Notes under the pieces: model-generated
What the model was told of the DNA's origin: nothing
The model's input: the letters and a program-made list of their open reading frames with translations, nothing else
Database searches by the model: none
Shown here: in pieces, positions 1 to 10,219 of the stretch
Numbering within the stretch: position 1 is the first letter of the stretch
Layout: every line of letters starts with the position of its first letter
Made by a program: the position numbers and the translations under genes
Source of the DNA: an uncultured Planctomycetota bacterium
GTDB taxonomy: Bacteria; Planctomycetota; Planctomycetia; Pirellulales; Lacipirellulaceae
Assembly (NCBI GenBank): GCA_963719315.1
Contig: CAVRBU010000003.1
Span: 1-64,000 of the forward strand
Direction: 5' to 3'
DNA length: 64,000 nucleotides

Positions 1-527
1 ACTAAGTTGCCTGAATGCACCGGCGGGTCGGTGTCGTCGAGAACGTCAACGACTGTGTGTTCTACGAGTCGGATTTGGTCAGCGAACGGTCCGCGGACGG
101 CCCGCGAGCGACCCAACCTATACTGAGCGAAACCCGCTCAGGCACATAAGACCCACGGCAAGAAGCAGAAACACGGAAGGCTCGCTAGCGGAAGGCAATT
201 GCGTCAAAGTGAGGAGCGGTATCGCACTGTCGTTGCATGACGACATCTTTCCGCGTTGTGCCTTCGCTGCAACCAACTGCAATCATCAGGCCCACGGTGA
301 CTAGCAACGTCAGCATATAACCCTCCCCTCCCCATGGACTGAATTGTACTTTCCTCATTTTAGTTCTCCTCGAATTCCTCTTGTCTCGTGGCCAAGCCTC
401 CCGCGACAATGCGAAGCGACTTTCTAGAGTCAGCCTTCGTTTGTCTTGGAAAGGCTGATTGTGTGCCATGTGGCAGACTGTGCGACATTATGTCTTAAAA
501 AGTTCGCCATTTTTAATGGTCATCTTC

Positions 528-543
528 CGGCATACGAAGTGCA
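528..543 (+). promoter_or_regulatory. Sigma54-type -24/-12 promoter candidate
   Basis: CGGCATACGAAGTGCA (GG-N10-GC), ~70 nt before ATG 614; conserved in copy B. Confidence 0.6.
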
Positions 544-613
544 AGGATTGCACCATCGTGTTGGGGACGAATATGCGGCGGATGCGCCGCACACTGTTAC
601 AGGAGACTCGAAG

Positions 614-1698
614 ATGAAGCGTTTCATTCCGTTCGCATTTGTTGCCATCGTCTCGGCAAGTATTGTTGCAAATGTCTGGTCACAGAGCACTCAGAGTGGA
701 GGAGATAATACCGGTACGGGAACGGGAAGCGCCAATGCAGTAGGTACCGCTGGTACAACGGGCACCGCCGGCACCCCAGGGGTGTCCGGAACCGTTACGG
801 CACCTGGAGCAGCTGGCACGGTTGGAACCGCGCCTCGCGCGACCGGACCAAGTCCGGTGGGGGTAGAGAACAATCCTGTGGGTAGAAATACGGTAGGAAC
901 AAATTCTCTCAGCCGCAACGCGGGTTTCAATGTCGGTGGCAACATAAATGAAAGGGCGTTCTTTGCGGATCCTGGTGTGCGACAACAATTAAACCTTAAC
1001 GCTAATCAGTTCAATACTTTGAACCGCGTTATCAGGACGCATATGGTCGATACCATCGTAGCTACAACAACCTGAGTCGCACGCTTACCGCTCAACAGCG
1101 TGCTCAGGCAATGGAGCAGCTTGAAAATCAGTTTAATACGGACTTCAATCGAACGCTCGACACTACGTTTGCCGATCCACGGTATCGAACGCGTTACAAT
1201 CAACTCAATTTTCAATATTTGGGATTTTACGGCTTCAATAATCCTGTAATTCAACATCGACTGAATCTTACTCCCGAGCAATTGGTGCAGATTCGTCAGT
1301 TGGTCAATGATTGGCGAAAACAAGTGACGCAGTATCGAGATGTCAATGCAATTGATCGTCGGCAATGGAGCCAGGTGTATGCTCAATATTGGGATCAAAT
1401 TAATACGATCCTGACACCCGAGCAACAGCGGCTGTGGTTGCAATTGATCGGGCAACGATACGTCTTCCCACCCAATGTTTACTATCCGCTTACGACCGAG
1501 CATGTAAATGGAAGAAACATTGACGGCTCTACTACCAACTCCGAACGGACCACCTCTAACGGTCTTCGATCGACCAATAGCACGGAGGGTACGGTTGAGG
1601 AGCCGGTGCAGAGCAATACTAACCAGCCCGCACCGCAGGATGCTAATGCCAACGCGGCAACCCGAAAACTACGCGGTAACCGACAAGCATTCGCGTAG
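614..1698 (+). CDS. Secreted protein: Gly/Thr/Ala-rich linker plus Spy/CpxP-like LTXXQ helical domain (frameshift at ~1030)
   Basis: AGGAGA RBS before ATG 614; signal peptide MKRFIPFAFVAIVSAS; LNLTPEQ and ILTPEQQRLW motifs. Split across ORFs 446-1075 and 1111-1698 by one missing base relative to the intact copy B. Confidence 0.75.
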
Positions 1699-1757
1699 CA
1701 TCTCTCCTGCGAAAAGTGGAAATCCGCTTACGTACGGAGAAGGAGAGGGAAAGGGTT

Positions 1758-1793
1758 GGCGGCGTCCACGCATTTGCGGGACGCTGCCTTTTT
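1758..1793 (+). terminator. Intrinsic terminator
   Basis: GGCGGCGTCC...GGACGCTGCC stem followed by TTTTT; mirrored at ~23708-23745 on the minus strand. Confidence 0.7.
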
Positions 1794-2543
1794 ATTGCGT
1801 AATGTGAGATCGAACGTAGTATTACAATCGTGCCCTTTGCTACTCACTTGAATTTTCGGCTATTCGCGGCTTTGTCGTAAATCAAAGTCTGGCCAGAAAG
1901 TCGGGCGGCGCCTACAAATAGGACGCTAGCGACGAGGTTCAATCCGCACAGTTCCGGTGCCGTTCTTGACGCACTCGGCGAATGCGCGGCGAAACAAATC
2001 GCTTGGAAGCCTTTGCCCCATACGCCAGCGAAAAAGACACCTTTCGACCGCCGCCAAGTCGTCGAACCACGTGCTTTGGTTTCTTGGTGCTGGAATTCGA
2101 ACGTCGTCTCCCCCATCGCCGAACGAGAGTACAAAGTCGTATTGCATCGGACGGCTGCACAGTACCTTAGTCGGCCCTGTCCATTAGTGCGCTCATGGGA
2201 ATTAGTGCGCTGATGGGAATTATTTTGGCGCAAAATGATCGGCCCCAGTTCCGTCGAGGCAGTTCATTCTGATGGAAGCCAACGGTGCTGCTAAGGCGCT
2301 AGGGACGCTTCATCAAGGAAATTGGTTATTTACGCTCTTATGTTTGTTCGAACCGAGCAACAAGCACAACAAGTCGAACGTCTGGCGGGAAAACCTTAGG
2401 TGATTGAGCGCCGACCGATACGACAGCTAACGCGCCGTAAAGTCGGCTCAGCAGCCAAGCTCATCGCTATGAGCTACAACGCTGCCACTTTCCATTTTGA
2501 CTAGGGATTTAACGAGTGCCAACCCCACATCAAGGCCAGTGCC

Positions 2544-4073
2544 GGGTAGGCGTCTCGATTGTTGGTGGGAAATCTGCTCTGCTGAAGGGTCTGTGACAAT
2601 TGGGGGGTAATTCTCGAACTCGAAGACCGGAGAGCAGAGCGATGGCCAAGCAGATCAAGGCGTTGGAACTGGACCTGACAGCGGAAGAGGAAGCGGCGGC
2701 GGAGCGGATTTACGAGTCGCTCAAGGGCCAGGCCGAACAGCAGTTGAAGAACATGGCGTGGATGATGGCGGCGAAGAAGCCCGAGGAGTTGTTGGGCCGC
2801 GGCGAGTTCGAGTTGCGGGACATGTTGTTCGATTTGGGAGCGAACGTGCTGGAGACCGCCACCAACGAGTGTGTAAAAAAGGGGCGCTTATCAGGGAGCT
2901 AGCTTAGCCTGCTCCTGCGGCGGCAGGCGCGAAGTTCATCGACTGGCGAACGAAAGGATTGGTCAGCCTGCTGGGAGACATCCGTTTGACGCGGACCTAT
3001 TACTACTGCTGCCAGTGCGGCGCGAGCCAGCAGCCCTGGGACGAGCGGCTGGGCCTCACCCCGCGGCACGTCACGCCCGGGGCGGAGGAACTGGCGTCGC
3101 TGGCCGGCACGCTGAGCAGCTTTGGCTTGGCGGCCGAACGAGCCTTGGTCCGCATGAGTGGCATTCGGTTGGCGGAGTCGACCGTGCTGCGCGTCACGGA
3201 AGAAGCGGGCCAACGCTTGGGAGCGAAACTCGCGGCCAAGCAAACGTTTGGCCCCCAGGAAGACTGGCTTTGGCAACGGGATGCCGAGGGTCGGCGCTGC
3301 GCCTACCTGGCCGTCGATCACACGGGGGTGCCGCAGCAGGCCATCGGCGGTGGCCCGGCGGAGTCGCGGATGGCCGCGGTGGCGATGGTCTTCAATGCGC
3401 GTTCGCCGTTCGAGGAACAACCAGCCCAAGATCCACACCAAGTGCGGTATTTGGCCGGTTTTCATGATTTAGACGATTTGGGGCTGCAATGGCGCCGGCA
3501 GGCCGCGCAGGTCGGCTGGGACCACGCCGAGCAACAGATCGCGCTGACCGACGGTGCTCCTTGCTTGGAGCGTTTCATCGAGAAGAACGCGCCGCTGGCG
3601 GTGCGGATCCTCGACTTTTACCATGCCAGTGAGCACGTGGCCGAATTGGCTCGTGCGCTTCACCCGGGCGATGACGGCGCCTTTGCCAAACGACAACGTG
3701 ACTGGTGTCACAAGCTCAAGCACGAAGGAGGAGCAGCGTCGTGGCCAGTTGGGAATCGCTCGATCAGAGCGACTGGAACGAGGCCCAGCGGGAGTGCTAC
3801 CGACAACAAGCACAATACGTGCGGAACAACGTCCATCGCATGGACTATCCCACGTACTTGACGCGCGGTTGGATGATCGGCTCCGGTCCGGTGGAAGCCG
3901 CGTGCAAGCTGGTCGTGGGAGGACGGCTCAAAGGCAGCGGGATGCGCTGGCGAGAGCCCGGCAGCGACAGCGTCTGCCACCTCCGCGCCCTGTTCCTCGG
4001 CCAGCCCGGACAGTGGGAAGGCTTCTGGTATCAGACTGCCGTCTAATACCACCAACAAAAAAGACGCCCACCC
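2544..4073 (+). mobile_element. ISKra4-family insertion sequence
   Basis: TIRs GGGTAGGCGTCTCGATTGTTGGTGG / CCACCAACAAAAAAGACGCCCACCC; perfect 9-bp TSD GCCAGTGCC (2535-2543, 4074-4082). Confidence 0.9.
2642..4046 (+). CDS. ISKra4 (UPF0236-type) transposase, in several frames
   Basis: Motifs RTYYYC..C, DGA, ILDFYHASEH, IGSGPVEAACK..V..RLKGSGMRW; AAAAAAG slippery run at 2875-2881; additional indels. Confidence 0.85.
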
Positions 4074-4249
4074 GCCAGTGCCGGATTACCGTCCCCGTCG
4101 GCGTCGGCTTGACTAAAGAATTCAAAGCCTTGATGTGGTTTTGGTCGCGCATCCCACTGGTTCCGGTTCGACCAAATGCATAACAATTCGAACATCTTTT
4201 GGGGTTAGGCAGTTGGGCAGGTACTGGTCCGTTCGATCGCAAGAGGTTT

Positions 4250-4265
4250 GGGTATATAATTTGCG
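4250..4265 (+). promoter_or_regulatory. Sigma54-type promoter candidate
   Basis: GGGTATATAATTTGCG (GG-N10-GC), ~85 nt before ATG 4351. Confidence 0.5.
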
Positions 4266-4350
4266 GGAAATCCTTATCGAGGCCTTCGTAGTACAAGTCG
4301 TCCCACCGGGACGGGAACCACCGAATCCTTTTCAGGCGAGGAGATAAGCC

Positions 4351-4691
4351 ATGTCCCACCAGGAGCACCATTCGTGTATTGAGGCATGCGTGACTTGTGG
4401 CCAGGAATGCGAACACTGCGCGGATGCGTGTTTGGGCGAAGAAGACGTGAAAATGATGGCGGAATGCATCCGCTTAGACAAAGACTGCGCAGCATGTCTG
4501 CTGGAGGCACGGCGGTACTCATGAGCCGCGGATCGCATTTCATGCACCAGATTTGTTGCCTTTGCGCCGACGTATGCGGCGCATGTGCGGCTGAGTGCCG
4601 TAAACATGATGTCATGCACTGCCAGCGGTGTGCAGAAGCCTGCGAGAACTGCGCTGAAGAATGCCGCAGAATGGCGGGCACGCCGATATAG
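4351..4691 (+). CDS. Four-helix-bundle Cu-binding/storage protein (Csp3/DUF326-like), frameshift at ~4495
   Basis: MSHQEHHSCIEACVTCGQECEHCADAC...CADVCGACAAECRKH..HCQRCAEACENCAEECRRM; CxxxC/CxxC repeats; GAGGAG RBS; no signal peptide. Confidence 0.88.
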
Positions 4692-5178
4692 GCCGATCTA
4701 CGACGACCGGTGTTATCGCAATCGCTACTACTTCTGGTCTCTTATATTTGTGGCTCGTGCCACTGTTGGAAACCTAGCCTTCTCATCGAGTTTGATCAGC
4801 CGAAACTTCCTCGACACCGGATGATGCTGCCAATCTAGCCCACTTTTTGGAAGTCAAAATAGTCGGAGAAAGCGTCCGGCTGCGTCATGATGTGAGGTCG
4901 GCGATCAGCGCCGGCCTGGCCGACGCCTAGCGGCAAACGCGCGATGTCTCCATCGGGGCACTCGGCTACTTGGCCTGCGCCTATCTAATCAGTGAATCCC
5001 GTGATATGTTAGCCTCAGACGACGCCCGCAATTTAGTCGGATTATTCGCCTATGTAGTTATCTGTTCAAATCATCATCGGATTAGGCGGAAGCAACGCGA
5101 AAGTTACAGCGTCGCTTCGAAGAGCTTATCCGGAGCCAGCCGTTGTCCATTGAGCTGAGGATCGAATCTGTTTGCCAT

Positions 5179-8100
5179 ATGCACAATCTTCGTGATCTGA
5201 CGATCGTTGGTTACGTATTGACGTTGGCAGTATTGGTTGGGGGCGGATTAATCGGCTTCAGGAACGCTCAGCAGCTAATCAAAAATGATCAAATGACGGC
5301 GTGCGCGCAAGAGACGCTCACGGGATTGGAGACTCTGTTATCGACGATGAAAGACGCCGAAACTGGTCAACGAGGGTATTTGCTAACTGAAGATGAGCAA
5401 TACTTGACGCCATACTATGACGCTGTCGCAGGCATGCGAACAAAACTCGCTCATCTTCAGGATCTTATGTCTGACAATTCGGACCAACACGATCCGCTCG
5501 CCAGATTGGAAGGAAAGATTGAAGCAAAACTGAGTGAATTGAAACGGACCATTGACTTGATGAAAGCGAGGGACCGGACCGGTGCCCTTGAACTTGTTCG
5601 TAGCAATGCCGGCAAGAGGCTGATGGATGAGTTGCGACAGGACGTTGGAGCAATGGAGCTATCGGAGCGTGAATTGCTCCGGCAGCGGGCAGTCGAGTCA
5701 AAAGCAAGCTCCGACATTACACTTTTGTCGATCGCGATCCCATCGCTTATGGGGACGGGATTAGTTGGCATCGTCTACTTTCTCAGCCACCGAAATATGG
5801 TTCAGCGGCGGCGTGCAGCAGAAGTCGCCGACGAGCAGCGAGAGCGGTTGCGAGTCACTCTGACCAGCATTGGCGATGCTGTCATCACAACCGACGCCGG
5901 CGGCAGAATCACATACTTGAATCCTGTAGCAGAGTCGCTTACTGGCTGGGCGAGCGGCGAGGCGATTAATCATCCTCTGAATACTGTGTTTCGCATCATC
6001 AATGAGGAAACACGGATGTCGGTCGAAAATCCCGTGAGAAGAGTTTTGTGCGATGGTATGGTCGTCGGGTTGGCCAACCACACTTTATTGATCCGAAAAG
6101 ACGGGTCGGAGCTAGCGATTGATGACAGTGCGGCTCCAATTCGAGACGGGAAAGGTGAAATTGTCGGCTGCGTACTGATCTTCCGAGATATTGGGGAGCG
6201 ACGAAATCTAGAAAAGCAGAATGTTGAGTCGCTAGCTGCTGCAAATCTCTTGGCTTCCGTTGTCGCGTCATCGGAAGATGCTATTATCAGTAAATCGCTC
6301 GACGGAATAATTCAAAGCTGGAATAGCGCAGCCGAACGGCTATTCGGATACAAGGCAAAGGAAGCGATTGGGCGACACATTTCGCTCATCATTCCGCCTG
6401 ACCACGCCAGAGAAGAGGAACACATCATCAGGCAGATCCGAGCGGGAAAGCGGGTCGAGCATTTTGAAACAACTCGAATGCGAAGGGATTCCACACGTCT
6501 TCAGATTTCGTTGACAGTATCGCCGATTCGCAATGCAGCGGGCGAGATTGTGGGGGCGTCGAAGATTGCGCGTGATATCACTGATCGAAAGCGGGCCGAA
6601 AAAGTTCTGCGCGAGACGGACGTGCGAAAGGCGTTTCTCCTAAATCTTAGCGACGCATTGCGCCCTCTCGTTGACTCCATCGAAATCCAGGCCACGTCAT
6701 CGCAATTAATAGGAGACCAATTAAACGTCAATCGGGCTATTTTTGCCGACATTGAAGGTGACGACTGCATAGTTCGACGAGGTTACGTGCGTGGAGTTCC
6801 GCCGATAGAGGGACGCTTTCCCGTGAAGTTATTCGGAGAAAATCTGATCGCCAGTTATCGCCGTGGCGAATCGATCGCGGTGGCGGACGTGGCCTCCGAT
6901 GCGAGGTTAACAGTCTCCGAAGCGGCATCGCTAAGAGCGATAGAAATTGTTGCCTTCGCGGGCGTGATGTTAATTAAAGAAAGACGATGGGTCGCCGCAT
7001 TTGTAGTCCATAATGCTACTCCGCGCGAGTGGACCGGCGAGGAACTGGAACTCATGAGCGGGGTCGCGGAGCGAACATGGATGGCGGTCGAGAGAGCGAG
7101 GAGCGAGGCGGCTCTTCAGGAGGCAGATCGGCAAAAGGATCAATTTTTAGCGACGTTAGCACACGAATTGCGAAACCCATTGGCCCCTATCAGGAATTCC
7201 ATCGAAGTCATGAAGCGGGCCGATGGCGACGCGAATTTATTGAATAGCGCGGTAAATACGGTGGATCGGCAGCTAGGGCATTTGGTTCGGTTGGTTGATG
7301 ACCTGATTGATATCAGTCGAATTTCCCGCAACAAAATCGAACTTCGAAAGGAGCAAATCGAATTGGCGTCCGTTCTGCATCAGGCGGTTGAGGCGGTCCG
7401 GCCGCTGACGGAACAAGCAAAACAACATGTGAGTATGAGCCTGCCGCCAGAGCCTATCTACCTGCAAGCCGACCCGGTACGGCTGATGCAAATATTTGGC
7501 AATCTTCTCAATAACGCCTCCAAATACACGGAGTCCGAAGGCCACATCTGGATCACCGTGGAATTGCAGAATCACAATGTAATGGTGAGGATAAAAGACA
7601 GCGGAGTGGGTATAGCGCCCGATGCACTCCCCAATATCTTTGAAATGTTTACGCAAGTGGACCGCACGTTAGATCGATCCCAAGGTGGACTAGGAATCGG
7701 GTTATCTTTGGTCAAACGGCTGGTTGAGTTGCATGACGGTACCGTGACAGCACATAGCGAAGGGGTTGACCGTGGTAGCGAATTTGTGGTTACGCTGCCT
7801 GTTCATGACAAGTTGCAACGACGGGAGGCGGAACCCTCGACGAGTGAATTGAAGTCAACAAAGCCTCGACGCATTCTGGTAGTGGATGACAACAAGGATG
7901 CCTCAACGACTTTGGCCATGCTCTTGAAGCTCACGGGCAACGAAGTTCAGACGGCCCAAGACGGTTTGCAGGCGATCGAAGAAGCAGAACAATTCCGCCC
8001 CGACTTAGTGTTGCTCGACATTGGCTTGCCGAAATTGAACGGTTACGATGCCTGTCGCCGCATCCGTGAGCAACCTTGGGGCAAGGATATGGTGTTGGTG

Positions 8101-8235
8101 GCCGCGACGGGTTGGGGGCAGGAGGACGACCGCCGTAAATCCACGGAAGCGGGTTTCGATCATCATCTAGTCAAGCCCGTCGACTTCGCCACCCTGACGA
8201 AGCTGTTATCGGAGTTGAATAGCCGTCAGAACTAA
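5179..8235 (+). CDS. Hybrid sensor histidine kinase (CHASE3-PAS-PAS-GAF-HisKA-HATPase-REC)
   Basis: DAETGQRGYLLT (CHASE3), two PAS domains, LAHELRNPL H-box, NLLNNASKY, GGLGIGL, C-terminal receiver LLDIGLP...HLVKP. Confidence 0.95.
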   Translation: MHNLRDLTIVGYVLTLAVLVGGGLIGFRNAQQLIKNDQMTACAQETLTGLETLLSTMKDAETGQRGYLLTEDEQYLTPYYDAVAGMRTKLAHLQDLMSDNSDQHDPLARLEGKIEAKLSELKRTIDLMKARDRTGALELVRSNAGKRLMDELRQDVGAMELSERELLRQRAVESKASSDITLLSIAIPSLMGTGLVGIVYFLSHRNMVQRRRAAEVADEQRERLRVTLTSIGDAVITTDAGGRITYLNPVAESLTGWASGEAINHPLNTVFRIINEETRMSVENPVRRVLCDGMVVGLANHTLLIRKDGSELAIDDSAAPIRDGKGEIVGCVLIFRDIGERRNLEKQNVESLAAANLLASVVASSEDAIISKSLDGIIQSWNSAAERLFGYKAKEAIGRHISLIIPPDHAREEEHIIRQIRAGKRVEHFETTRMRRDSTRLQISLTVSPIRNAAGEIVGASKIARDITDRKRAEKVLRETDVRKAFLLNLSDALRPLVDSIEIQATSSQLIGDQLNVNRAIFADIEGDDCIVRRGYVRGVPPIEGRFPVKLFGENLIASYRRGESIAVADVASDARLTVSEAASLRAIEIVAFAGVMLIKERRWVAAFVVHNATPREWTGEELELMSGVAERTWMAVERARSEAALQEADRQKDQFLATLAHELRNPLAPIRNSIEVMKRADGDANLLNSAVNTVDRQLGHLVRLVDDLIDISRISRNKIELRKEQIELASVLHQAVEAVRPLTEQAKQHVSMSLPPEPIYLQADPVRLMQIFGNLLNNASKYTESEGHIWITVELQNHNVMVRIKDSGVGIAPDALPNIFEMFTQVDRTLDRSQGGLGIGLSLVKRLVELHDGTVTAHSEGVDRGSEFVVTLPVHDKLQRREAEPSTSELKSTKPRRILVVDDNKDASTTLAMLLKLTGNEVQTAQDGLQAIEEAEQFRPDLVLLDIGLPKLNGYDACRRIREQPWGKDMVLVAATGWGQEDDRRKSTEAGFDHHLVKPVDFATLTKLLSELNSRQN

Positions 8236-8255
8236 TCAGTGGGCACACGTGCAAT

Positions 8256-8271
8256 TGGTACGGGTTTTGCT
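8256..8271 (+). promoter_or_regulatory. Sigma54-type promoter candidate
   Basis: TGGTACGGGTTTTGCT, near consensus, ~68 nt before ATG 8339. Confidence 0.65.
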
Positions 8272-8338
8272 AAGTTTGTGGCGGACGTTGGTAGCTGTCC
8301 TAGCATCATTCAGTCAATTTCAGGAAAAGGAACTGTCC

Positions 8339-8467
8339 ATGTCTGCCCTTGCTTTATACCCCCTACTGATTGCAGCTGCGGGTTATTCGTTAATTTATCT
8401 TCTCCTTGGTGGTGGGCTTGGTGGAGCACTAATAATTTTCGTCGTCGCTAAGATGCTTGGCAAATAA
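8339..8467 (+). CDS. 42-aa membrane microprotein
   Basis: AAGGA RBS; MSALALYPLLIAAAGYSLIYLLLGGGLGGALIIFVVAKMLGK; truncated paralog at 26595. Confidence 0.7.
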   Translation: MSALALYPLLIAAAGYSLIYLLLGGGLGGALIIFVVAKMLGK

Positions 8468-8503
8468 TTAAATTGCTGAGTCACTGGTCACAATAATGCC
8501 CAA

Positions 8504-10080
8504 ATGAACCGAAAACGACCTGCAAGCGAAGCTTCGGATTCTTCTGCTTGGACAACCACTGCCGAGCTGCCCACTTTTGCCCCACTCGATAAAAATATTG
8601 AGACCGATGTGTGTATTGTCGGGGCGGGCATTTCGGGACTAACTACGGGCTTTTTGCTCGCTGAGAATGGAAAGCAGGTTGTCATTCTAGATGATGGCCA
8701 CATTGCAAGTGGCATGACGCAAGTTACGACGGCGCATTTATCGAACATCATCGATGACCGTCTTATCAATATTGAACGTTGGCATGGTGACAAAGGTTTG
8801 CGTCTGGCAGTTCAAAGCCACGCAGCCGCCATCGATTGCATCGAGTCGATCTCTGCCAAACTAAGGATGGACTGCGACTTCAAAAGAGTAGATGGTTATT
8901 TATTTCGCGCTCCCGATGATGGCGAAAAGGCGGATCTTCTAGATCGGGAGCTCCAGGCTGCAAACCGAGCTGGCATCGTCGATGCGGAGATTGTTACGAA
9001 GGCACCGATACCTGACTTTGACACCGGTGCTGCTATTCGGTTTCCGCATCAAGCCAGGTTTCATCCACTTAAATATCTTGCGCGATGTCTCTGGCAATTC
9101 AAGAACGCGGAGGGGAAATCTTCACGCATAGCCATGTCGATAGCGTGGAAGGTGGACAGCCAGCACGAGTCCGAGTAGGTGAATACAACGTAACGGCCGA
9201 CGCTGTAGTCGTCGCCACCAATTCACCAATCAACGATCTACTGACGATTCATACCAAACAGGCACCCTATATGACATATGCCATTGGTGCCAGAGTGCCT
9301 CGGGGTTTAGTAAAAGATGCGCTTTACTGGGATACATTGAAGGCGTATCACTACATTCGACTTCAACCAATGGCAGAGTACGATTTATTAATCGTTGGCG
9401 GAGAAGATCACAAAACTGGACAACCGAAAGATGGTAACAACCCCCATGCGAATTTGACAGATTGGGCGTGCCAACGCTTTCCTTTCATCGAGCGAATCGA
9501 GTTCGTCTGGGGAGGGCAGTGCATGGAGACAATCGACGGACTAGCATTTATCGGCAGCAATCCTCTGGACAAAGAGAATGTTTACATTGCGACGGGAGAT
9601 TCAGGGATGGGAATTACGCATGGCACGATTGCAGGGATGTTGCTGTGCGACCTTATTTTAGGACGTGAGAATCAATGGGAAACACTTTATGATCCGGCAC
9701 GCAAAACTTTGACTGCAGCCGGTACGTTTTTGAAAGAGAATTTGAACGTCAGCGGTCAATACGCCGATTGGTTAACCCGAGGCGTCATCGACTCACTCGA
9801 TGAAGTCGGCAAGGGTCAGGGTGCCGTCATGCGAAGAGGTTTGTGGAAGCTTGCCATCTATCGCGACCACAAAGGAGATATATACGAATTGTCCGCAGTG
9901 TGTCCGCATCTTGGATGCGTTGTAAGTTGGAACACAATTGAAGGCACGTGGGATTGCCCTTGCCATGGATCTCGCTTTCGCTCCAACGGCGAAGTCATAA
10001 ATGGTCCTGCAAATGTAGGCCTAAAGTCACAATCTTGCTTGAACCGGGCAAGGAGCACGGGCGCGCGCAGAAATCAATGA
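8504..10080 (+). CDS. FAD-dependent oxidoreductase with C-terminal Rieske domain (YhfW-like), frameshift at ~9080
   Basis: IVGAGISG FAD motif; Rieske motifs CPHLGC and CPCHGS. Confidence 0.92.
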
Positions 10081-10219
10081 AGAGTGAACTTTGCTTACTC
10101 GGCAGCGGACGCTCTTTCCGGACGGGCATGTCCGAGCCATGCCAAGTCACCCACATGGCCCGATGCGTTTTTGCGGCAGCCCTGTCGCTAAGAAGTTGTC
10201 AGTGGGTATTCGTGGAGGT

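Larger units (their letters stand above)
18..1858 (+). repeat. Copy A of a ~1.8 kb inverted duplication (partner 23645-25268)
   Basis: Reverse complement of 23645-25268 aligns closely with this segment. Copy B lacks ~108-303 and ~363-391. Confidence 0.95.

Noticed and set aside
1926..2147. 73-aa minus-strand ORF
   Set aside because: Plausible composition but no clear RBS or motif; unsupported without a homology search.
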